Source: Octopus sinensis | Lineage: Eukaryota | Direction: 5' to 3' | Assembly (NCBI RefSeq): GCF_006345805.1 | Contig: NC_042999.1 | Location: 17,174,001-17,238,000 of the forward strand | DNA: 64,000 bases | In this document: positions 53,471 to 64,000 of the stretch, one piece after another | Numbering within the stretch: position 1 is the stretch's first letter | Layout: each line of letters begins with the position of its first letter | Translations under genes and position numbers: made by a program | Notes under the pieces: generated by a model | The model's database searches: none | The model's input: the letters and a program-made list of their open reading frames with translations, nothing else | Told to the model about the DNA's origin: nothing

Positions 53471-54381
53471 TATATGTGTAAATAGCACATAAGAATCTGC
53501 ATGTTATTTACAGAAAACCTGTTATATTTATACTGATAAAAAGTATCAAATATAGGGTGATATAATACACAAATCATATACCATGTATCACTGCCAATTA
53601 TTTGATATTAGTTGAGGAGCCATAATGCAAATGCGTTGGCATATCAGACTAAGCAGGTGATGAGTTTGTATGCTGGTAAATTTTGCTTTCTGTTAATGAG
53701 ACGGTTGTGACGAAAATTCTTCCTGTACAGGAAAATACTTCAACGGAAGAAGTGTCTGTAAAAGTTTTCTCCTTCACAGCATTTTATTAACTTAATAATG
53801 TTGAAATTTAGACGGCGAAATATTTCCAATATCAAGTATTAGTACAAAACCTGAAGATATAATCATGAAACCAACACGAAAATGTTAGTTATTTAACATT
53901 GCGGATTTATCATCATCGTATTATCTTCAACATAACCAACCACATCTTTTGTTGCAATGTATCAACGACTACCTCTGTAATTAATAGTTTAACTAATATA
54001 CTTGTCAAATGAAGTCATGATCTTCTCATTAATATTTTACAGGAATCAATTACAAAAATATTTTAATGTAGAGGTGACTCAGCTTGTAATTATTTTTAGA
54101 GTAGCAACACCGATATATGTGTGTGTGTGTATGTATGTATGTCTGTCCGTATGTCTGTCTGTCTGTCTGTATGTATGTATGTATGTAATCTTGTATGTTT
54201 TTATATTTAGTTATATATGCCTATATGTATATTTGTACGTACGTATATATATATATATATATATGTATATACATATGTATGTATATATATATGTATATAT
54301 ATTTGTATGTATCTATATGTAAATACATATGTATATATACGAATAATATACATATATACATACACGTAAACGCACACATAC

Positions 54382-54423
<42 letters not shown>

Positions 54424-54805
54424 ATAGAGTTGATGAGTTTATATTTGAACGATAGTTTAATTGAAAGAAAATAGAGGTTAAACACCCCACTAATCAGGTT
54501 GATATTGCATAATATTTCAATTAATGAAGTCTTGTAAAATTGATTTAAATCTTCCAAATACCAGGTTGATTTAGTAAAAATAGATTTTCTCTGACTTAAT
54601 ATAACAAATGTTAGCAAATATTCTTGAAAGAAAACTAGTGAAATTGCAGGTGCGTAAAATGAAAAGCTCAAGAATTTGTAATGTTTTAATTTGTCTCAGA
54701 GGTATTCAACCCCGAAGGAACGAAACTGATTTAGTGTTAGTCTGGATATGTTCTAAGAACGGACTGTAAGCGGAATTACTAAATATTTAATATATACATA
54801 CAAAT

Positions 54806-55110
54806 AGGCACAGGAGTGGTTGTGTGGTAAATAGCTTGCTTATAAACCACATGCTTCCGGGTTTATTCCCACTGCGTGGCACCTTGCGCTAATGTTTTCT
54901 ACTATAGTCTCGGGCCGACCAAAACCTTCTGAATGGATTTGGTAGTTGGAAACTGAAAGTAGCTCGTCTTATATGTGAGTCTGTGTTTGTCCCCCCAACG
55001 TAGCCGGACAACAGATGCCGGTGTGTTTATGTCCCCGTAACATAGCGGTTCGGCAAAAGTGACCGACAGCATAAGTACTAGGCAAATGATTGAAACGAAT
55101 AAAATAAAAT
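54806..55110 (+). mobile_element. SINE family A, deleted copy
   Basis: Head and partial tail; another 3' part lies on the minus strand at ~55490-55680. Confidence 0.75.
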
Positions 55111-55157
55111 AAATATGTACACTCACATAAACATGTACATAATACAAAGGTGCGAAC

Positions 55158-55182
55158 ATATATGTGTGTGTGTGTGTGTGCA

Positions 55183-55258
<76 letters not shown>

Positions 55259-55283
55259 GTCTGTCTATCTATCTATCTATCTG

Positions 55284-55322
<39 letters not shown>

Positions 55323-55363
55323 GTCTATCTATCTATCTATCTATCTGTCTGTCTATCTATCTG

Positions 55364-55439
<76 letters not shown>

Positions 55440-55453
55440 CCTACCTACCTACA

Positions 55454-55490
<37 letters not shown>
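55158..55490. repeat. (TG)n/(TATC)n/(TACA)n compound microsatellite
   Basis: Direct inspection. Confidence 0.95.
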
Positions 55491-55902
55491 ACTCTTTTAC
55501 TTTTTTATTCGTTTAAAGCTAGAGCATCGCCTTTAGTCGCACTAATCAACTCCAGGACTTATTCTTTGTAAGCCTAGTACTTATTCTATAGGTGCCATTT
55601 GCCGAACCGATATGTTACAGCGATATAAACACACCATCATGGTTGTCAAGCGATGGTGGGGTAACAGACACATACACACATATATTTACGCACACACGTT
55701 ATCGTACCAAATATCCGGCAAACTTTGGACCACATTTGATCCGCATATCTGGACTCTGGATCTTCAGGTATTTTGGGACTCAACGTAACTATATACTTCG
55801 AATATGAAACAAATTACGAATAGTAAAAACCTAATTTATAGTAAATATTTTCAAATTAATTCTCATCTAAAGCAGTTTGTCCTTGATATTATCTATCCAC
55901 TT

Positions 55903-56372
55903 TGGCGGCCAACTGGCAGAAACGTTAGCATGCTGGGTCAAATGCTGAGCGGTATTTCGTCTGTCTTTACATTCTAATTCAAATTCCGCCAAGGTCGACT
56001 TTGCCTTTGTTCCTTTCGGGGTCGATAAATAAAGTACCTGTTACACACTGGGGTCGATGTAATCGACTTAATTCCTTTGTCTGTTCTTGTTTGTCCCATC
56101 TATGATTAGACCCCTGTGGGCAAGAAAAAATAGATATTATTAATCTACGAAGGTGGCGAGCTGGCAGAAACGTTAGCACACCGGGCGAAATGCTTAGTGT
56201 TTTTTCCTTTGTCTTAACGTTCTGAGTTAAAATTCCTCCAAGGTCGACTTTGTCTTTCAGTCTTTCGGGTTCGATAAATTAAGTACCAGTCGTGTACTGC
56301 GGTCGATCTAATCGACTGGTCCCCTCCCACCCAAATTTCAGGCATTGTGCCTAGAGTAGAAAAGGATATTAT
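55903..56372 (+). mobile_element. Two adjacent SINE family B copies with different tails
   Basis: 55903-56130 ends CCCCTGTGGGCAAG; 56150-56372 ends CCCAAATTTCAGGCATTGTGCCTAGAGTAGAAA. Confidence 0.78.
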
Positions 56373-57718
56373 TAGCCCACTTAAAATTCTCCACGTATAT
56401 CATGTATATATTCATATATTCATATTATATATCAATACTTCAGTCTTGATTTTGTATTACTTTTACTGGAAATGCTCTACGGCGTTTGTTAATGGTATTG
56501 AAACCGATTTGGTATTGCTTTTACGTGTCTAGTTTGTACCTAGGTGGCAGATGTATGACGGCCGTATTCTCAGAAACCTACTGGAGTTCTGAGTTCTTGC
56601 AGTATCTATATTTTGTAGAACTATTCAGAAATGCGGCTGCCAACCTTGCAATGGCGAAAGCCGAGAAAACCTGGGGGAAAATCGTGCGCCCAGTTTGCCT
56701 ACCCTGCAAGGAAACTTTATTCATCTTATCACCCTTCATGCTGTTGAAAGTAAGAAAACTATATATTTACATCTACTTACGAATAGATCTGCTCCTAATA
56801 ACCTACGCAACATTGTAAACGGCAATGAAACTACGCCGGGTAAGTACTGTCATTACATCCTTATGCATTATAAATATAGTGTTAACACATCAAAGTGTCT
56901 CTCTATGTATTAAACAGTAGAGAAACAGACACAATTATGGTTCAAACATTTATACCAGACGAATGAATCACACTAAAATTACGATAGAAGTTTGAGTTAT
57001 TTCATCCACAGACATACCCAGTACCTGCGTATCAATTTATGTTAATATCACTCATACATCATAAACTACTGGAACACCGATACAATAAATCAAAGCTAAT
57101 CATTAAATAGAACATGTAACGAAATAAAATGGAAATGAAATTACAACAAAAGTCCTTCCCTGAAACGTTAAATAAATCATATGTTCTCTTCTGACACATC
57201 ATCGATTCAAGTAAATATGGAGCATAAAAACTTAATTGAAATGTCTTATCATTGACGTTTGTGACAAAAGTCTCTCAATGAGGGAACACTTTATTTACTG
57301 TGAAGCAGAATTTATATTATACAAACCACATCTAATACTTCTCGATAGACTAGACATATCTATCAGAAAACAGCAATCACTCCTGTATCAGAATGTTTAG
57401 CATCAGCGACGAGGGAGAGTGTAAATATATCAGAAACACTAACCGAAAGGCACTAGCCTTTTATTAAATTTATAGAATATGCAGAAAATAATTGAAAATG
57501 TTCGTTATAATATATACAGACCAGTGGTGTGTAACTATATTTATTACATGCGATTTCCTGATTATTACAGCTACGTAGCTGGTTGTAAATCAGCTAAAGA
57601 CAGAATGATATATTCTGCACTTTGCTGAATTATCCTCCAAACCACAATTGCCGTCCATTATGTTGCAAGTAACAAGTATTGTTTGAATAGCAAGTACTTA
57701 TATATAAGCTTTGGTATA

Positions 57719-57975
57719 CAGCAATCTTTCGCCATATAGCGATTCACCTATCACGGTTCACTTATCGCAGTTCACTTATGGCGGTTTATTATTTAAGCTT
57801 ACGTCGATTCTTCCGTGTAATTTTTTTATTGGCATTTATGATAAAATAAATTTATACAAGTTATAAAAATAATTTTTTTAAATATACAGTACAGTATTGC
57901 ATCTACTTCGCGGATTTTCACCTATCGCGGGGTAGCGGCTGGAACGTAACACCCGCGATAGTAGAGGGATTACTG
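57719..57975. mobile_element. Tigger/pogo-type MITE
   Basis: TA|CAGCAATCTTTCGC...GAGGGATTACTG imperfect TIRs, with internal TTCAC(C/T)TATCGCGG sub-repeats. Confidence 0.6.
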
Positions 57976-59002
57976 CAGCTTTATTTGAGAATCAGAATTC
58001 GAAGTTCATACAAGAAACGATTTATAATATTTTTGTATAATTGTATCAATATGTTGTTGCAAAATTGATATCGTTTGCACGATTTTCTATCATCGTTATC
58101 CGTTCCCTTAAATATACGTGTTGATATCACACCACAGTCATTTCAATGTTTGCCTGAAGCGTATGGATTCCAATGGATAATTTTTCCTTCTTTCATTCTT
58201 TCTTTCATTTTCTTTTCCTCTTCTGTTTTCTGGTCGAAGTCATTAAAATGCAGAAGTAGACTTAATTTGTATCGTCTCTAATATATTATTCGTACTTATT
58301 TCGCCGACTACAGCTGGATGAATATTAAAATCATCTAAAGTGTATAAAACTAGCAAATAAAAACGACTTTATTAAATTGTCTAAGTTCGGCCATGCAAAA
58401 TCTAATAAGCGCCGCCATTCCGATGCAACTAAGTCATAAAAACGTAACAAATCATTATTGTTCTATTAAGACGAAAAACGAATATTTCCCAGACATTATT
58501 ATTATTTTTATGTCAATTATTTTCTTTCGTAAATCGCAATCTCACCCTCCCTTCATCTAAACATTTAGTTGGCTATAATCATTCGGTTATCGAATATTTC
58601 CACCAACTTTTCTCAAACTGGTACTCATATAAATATTTTCAGTTTCCGTTTATTGATTATAGACACAGAAAGTGTATTTTTAGCGAAAAATCATAAGTAA
58701 TAAGAAACATTAATATCTCTCTGAAATGCATTAGATGATTAAATGAAAATAATTAGTTTCCAACACGAAATCGAAATTGCTTTCCGGCACAACTTATAAG
58801 AGCCTCCCAATTATATTACAGCATACATCACCGCGATATTCATGATGAACAATCACTTACAAGTGAAACCTGGTCCGCAGAAACAATGTTGGAATATACG
58901 CCGCTTGTATATACATGTGCTGTGCTGTGTGTTTATATGTGTGTATGTGTGCGTATATGTGTGTGTACGACAGGCTTCCATTTTGTCTATTAAAATTCAT
59001 AT

Positions 59003-59051
<49 letters not shown>

Positions 59052-59999
59052 AGAGAGAGAGAGAGAGAGATGTGTGTGTATGTGTGTTAACGATACTCGA
59101 GAACAATCTATACAAAGTGAATAATATAATTTTTTTCCGCATACAACAGATAAAGATTTATTCTCCAACATAAAGCGAAATTATTTCTAAACGAGATGAA
59201 TTGAAACTCTATTAGTATATATCAATTCTTTATTAATAATTTATGAAAGAGAATGCAGCCATTACATCACCTATCGCAACCAAACTCTTAAGGAATAGTA
59301 CAGAAACACCAAGAGAAACAATTTCATAATTCCTCATAATTATAAAGTCACAAACCTAAAAATCATCGAGCGCACTGCAGCTAAGTGAGGAACATACTTA
59401 AATTTTACGGAGACCTCTATGTTTACTGATAAATACATTCATGGGACAAATATACCATTCTGTATCTATTGTGGTGGAGTTACACTTCCTGAATCATGTA
59501 CCTCTCGCCCTCATAAATTCTGCAAACTAAAGATTAGGGTATTGAAAGCCTATAACTTCGATATTTCCTACGCATGGTATAAAACAATGTTCCGCAGCAT
59601 TTTTTCATTGGGGTACTCTTATATTTTTTTCAAAATTCGGTGACGCACCTGAACTAAAAATATAACAAGAAAATATTATGTTCAGGTTCACTGCGTATCA
59701 CCTAACATCGCCTCGTGGCACTGGTATAAACTATAAAAATCTAAGAAACCAAGAAACAAAACAAGAATAAAAAGAGAAGGCGTGTAATATAGCAGCTGCG
59801 AGATATTACCCAAGATGTATGTTTAAGGTCACATCTCTATTTGTATGCACAGTTACGTCTTGACTCCACTAGCTTCAGGGGACTAATAAAATAGCATAAG
59901 ATATCCACAAAATATTATTAGATACGAGACAAGTAAAGAATATCAGCAAATATTTATGTACAAAGAACAGACTAATGGTATCTGAATTCAAACGGATAT

Positions 60000-60384
60000 G
60001 GATGGAAGCACTCCGTCGGTTACGACGATGAGGGTTCCGGTTGATCCGATCAACGGAACAGCCTGCTCGTGAAATTAACGTGTAAGTGGCTGAGCACTCC
60101 ACAGACACGTGTACCCTTAACGTAGTTCTCGGGGATATTCAGCGTGACACAGAGAGTGACAAGGCCGGCCCTTTGAAATACAGGTACAACAGAAACAGGA
60201 AGTAAGAGTGAGAGAAAGAGTTGTGAAATAGTACAGCAGGGATCACCACCATCCCTGCCAGAGCCTCGTGGAGCTTTAGATGTTTTCGCTCAATAAACAC
60301 TCACAACGCCCGGTCTGGGAATCGAAATCGCGATCCTACGACCGCGAGTCCGCTGCCCTAACCACTGGGCCATTGCGCCTCCAC
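60000..60384 (-). mobile_element. SINE family C with TSD
   Basis: TSD TCAAACGGATAT at 59988-59999 and 60385-60396. Confidence 0.9.
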
Positions 60385-60780
60385 TCAAACGGATATATTC
60401 GTACGTCGAATTTGAATTAGATGTTTTATAGCACACGTTGTGTAATGAAGGAAAATAATTAAAACCATAAATATATCAGGAAATTGTATCATTATATAGT
60501 TTTAGCATTATGTTTAACACAGTAGGAATAAAGATAATATTTTAAACAAATGATAATTTTCATCATTTAAAAGTATATTAAAAAACAAAATCGGGATATA
60601 ATCAGACATGATTTCTTTGTGCCGAACATTTAATTTTGACTTTCCAATGTTTCGCATTATTAGACTGCAGTCTTTTTATAGAGCTCAAATGTTACTTGAT
60701 AAATATTGCAATAATAATCGATATTTAGGATCTAACACGTACGCAAACACAAACAAAACGTACACATTTATAAGTGAGTA

Positions 60781-61611
60781 CAGCATGCGATTAATATATT
60801 CTCATCTAAATTACGCAAAAATGAAAATAACACTGAGAACTCATTTTAACAGAAGTATTACCAAAATTACATAAAAATATCTCGAAATACTAAAGAGTAA
60901 ATTTATTCAATAAAATCGCCATTGGCTTCGAGCACGGCCTCCAAACGACTTCGGAATATTCTGCAACTCTTCTGGACGATCTCCTTTTTTACGGTAGTGA
61001 ATGCTACCATAAGCCTTGCCTTCAGTTCATCTTTGGTGTTACAAGGAGTTTTGATTGTCTTTCGTTCAACTGCGCCCCACACATAATAATCTGGGGAGTT
61101 AGGTGGCCAGATGTTCAGGGTCGTGTGGGTGCAGAAATTGTCTGACACCCATTACTGGGCTCTCCTGCCTGAGTAGCATAGCGGAGAGTCCTGTTATCAG
61201 ACATAGAGTATTGACCCAGGGCAGCACTATTTCGTCCAGGTATTTGATGTAGGCTTCCGTGTTGATTCTGAGGGCGTGGGGTAAGATGAATGGAGGCATA
61301 AAGTTGCCATCACTAGTGATCATTCCAAACACCATGACGTTGATTGGATGTTTGATTTTTCTCACTCTCGGTACATGATTTGGGGACACGGCAAGCCAAC
61401 GGTTGTTCCGTGTGATCACTAGCTGTTCGTATTTCAGCTTCTGTTGCGAATACCAAACGGTATAGCGGAGTGAATTGCGACATGGTGCTGTGTTTCTCAT
61501 AGACAGTGCCTATCTGATCCTACTATACAGTGTAGTCAATAAAATCAAAAACAAACGATGCGCAATGGCGAAATTAAAAATATAAAATGGTGACCATTTT
61601 ATCCACCAAAG
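60781..61611 (-). mobile_element. Tc1/mariner superfamily (maT/DD37D-like) transposon relic, deleted
   Basis: Fragments NNRWLA...KHPINVMVFGMITSDG...INTEAYIKYLDEIVLPW (61099-61500) and WPPNSPD-YYVWGAVE...DELKARL...FRSRLEAVLEANGDFIE* (60903-61148); the ends are degenerate. Confidence 0.8.
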
Positions 61612-61628
61612 TATATGTGTTTGTGTGC

Positions 61629-61666
<38 letters not shown>

Positions 61667-62212
61667 CAGTTTCTATACGCCCATGTATAATAATATGTAG
61701 GCCAGATATTTCATCCGAATGTAAGTAGAAGTAGATGTAGCAACAGAAATATAATGAATCACAGTAAATGATCGCAACTGACGGCACTCCATCCAGGATC
61801 TTGATATACTTGCACGATATGTATCTTTATTGTATTTTAATATGTCTCTACAGTATCCTATATAATATAGGATAAAACTATTATCTTTAAACATATTTAG
61901 AACGCGTTATTGCTCCAACTTGTCATATAAATGTCAAATATTATTAAGTGGCCGTTTTGCGAACTATCTAAATTCATTTATTTCTTATTCACATTGGGAA
62001 TATTATTTGCCAGTTTATAGCTGTGAATATTTCAGCTTTATACATTATTTTAGAAACTATTTCACGTCTTGTTCAATGCTGTATAAAACCTTACACAATG
62101 TTTCATTTACGCACTTAATAATAACTTATTGACATATATTCTTTAATAGCCATTGTCAAATTAATCGTAACGAATTCATTTCGCTTTTATCCACGGCGGT
62201 TGTTCTAACGGG

Positions 62213-62445
62213 AAAGGCGATGAGCCGGCAGAATCGTTACGTTGCCGGGCGAAATGCTTAGTGGTATTTCGTCTGCCATTACATTCTGAGTTCAAATTCC
62301 GCCGAGGTCGACTTTGCCTTTCAACTTTTCGGGGTCGCTTAAATAAGTACCAGTTACGCACTGGGGGTCGATATAATCGACTTAACCCGTCTGTCTGTCT
62401 CTGTTTGTCCTCTGCGTTTAGCCCCTTGTGGGTAGTAAAGAAGTA
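62213..62445 (+). mobile_element. SINE family B monomer with TSD
   Basis: Flanked by direct repeat GGTTGTTCTAACGGGA (~62198 and ~62446). Confidence 0.85.
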
Positions 62446-63069
62446 GGTTGTTCTAACGGGATAGTCTATGTCAATAATTTTGTTTCTCGAATGGCTAAGT
62501 ACGAAATCCGTGTTGCAGACCATTACTAGTTTTGTTAGTGAATTTTATTATCGATATCAAAATACATTTTTGTGAGAGATATGACCAGATTTACACTCTA
62601 CCCGTTCTAGTCATAGGGTGGTATTATCATTAATAAACTACCTTAGAGTTGTTATTTTTTCTTTTACTTACGCACATGTACCACAACCAGGAGATTGCAG
62701 TTAGATTCAATGTATATGGTTAAAACTGGTGGCTTTAAAAGTCATACTTTACATACTTTGGTGTTATGCGTATTTTAACAAAATATCAATCCGTTAGTTA
62801 TCAAACTTTACAGTTATAGTAAGCACTTCACTTGCACTTAGACATGTTGAAATAAATGAAAAGATTGCTTCCCATATACATACATACATACATACATACA
62901 TACGCACATACATACATACATACATACATACATACATACATACATACATACATGTATACATACAAACATAAAACATATATACATAGAAGTCGACTGCGAC
63001 ATCGGGACCAACCCCCTGCAAGCATGAAGGCACGCTGACTGAATTCGTTTACAATATTGAAAAGAAAAA

Positions 63070-63635
63070 TATAGTACGAAAGAAAAAAATTGTGTTCTCA
63101 CCAGCAATACCCATCAAGCAAGGAGGATTGCAGAAAAACGAAGGCGAGAGACTCAAGACATAAGGGCCATGAGGCTTTCTCAAGATTTGCAAAGCCGTGC
63201 TGCGGAACGTAACATGGAGTTTCGGGAAAGAAGGAAGAGGAGACTTTCTCAAGATCAACAAAGACATCCTGCAGCACGTCCGATTGGGTCTCAAGAGAGA
63301 AAGGAGATGATACATTCTCATTGAATCATTAAAACAGCGTTTACCACGCCAGATTACTCAGAGGTACAAAAATACCATAGCACTCAGAAATAAACTACGC
63401 AAAAATTCGTTCTTCACAACTCCTGGAGTTCCTTACAGATATGATCTGTTCCATTCTTATAAAAATTAAAATGCTGTTCAAATTACTGTGCGAAACTCAA
63501 ATTCTCGTTTCTGCACAGCATTAACATTTACTCTACAAATGTTTTGTCGTCAAACTGCACTTTCGGGTATTATATATATATATATATACATACATACAAA
63601 CTATGCTATCTTAATCCCGAGCAACGGTGGGTATA
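63070..63635 (+). mobile_element. Degenerate Helitron relic (N-terminal repeat region, possible 3' hairpin)
   Basis: A plus-strand frame reads [56 protein letters not shown], the same repeat type as the RepHel N-terminus. CCCGAGCAACGGTGGGT at ~63616 resembles the Helitron 3' hairpin. Confidence 0.5.
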
Positions 63636-64000
63636 TATATATATATAAATAAACACACACTCACATATGTAAAAAATATTATATATATGCGTGTATCTAC
63701 ATATGTATCCATCCGCATTATTTCCTAGTGTGTGTCGGTTGAAAGAGTAGATAGATATCTTTCAGTATACAAACACTGTCAAAGTCTCACTCTCTCTCGC
63801 GTGTTATGGTGGCCCAATCGATTTAATCTATAAAAAAAAAAAACGAACTACAAGTAAGATGAAAATGCAAATATAAGGGATTTTTATAGTTACAATACAA
63901 CTTGATGAATGTAAAAAGGTCAGTATAATATAATAATTACTTCTTTCTACAACTTGATATGAGAATGATAATCAAATTTGTTAATTTTTGAACTGTTAAT

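Overview
AT-rich, repeat-saturated animal DNA. The SINE families and dense (TA)n/(CA)n/(TATC)n/(AAT)n microsatellites resemble an octopus/cephalopod genome (inference). No host protein-coding gene could be supported, so the window looks intergenic or intronic, and most ORF-track entries are microsatellite or SINE read-throughs. Supported features: a ~5.9-kb Helitron with intact termini but a broken Rep/PIF1-helicase ORF (16835-22782, -); a young non-coding LTR element with a perfect tRNA-Trp primer-binding site (32906-35639, -); deleted mariner and maT-like transposons; hAT- and Tigger-like MITEs; a U6 snRNA pseudogene abutting a SINE; and more than 30 tRNA-derived SINE copies from at least four families that swap 3' modules. 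The most interesting signal is a set of unrelated non-coding elements embedded in (TA)n tracts, built as palindromes or tandem-plus-inverted arrays resembling Penelope-like pseudo-LTRs or retrozymes. Three carry hammerhead-ribozyme motifs: a canonical one duplicated on both arms of a ~390-bp palindrome, a tandem array with a G3-C8 core variant, and a degenerate one. Coordinates were read by eye and may be a few bases off for degenerate repeats.
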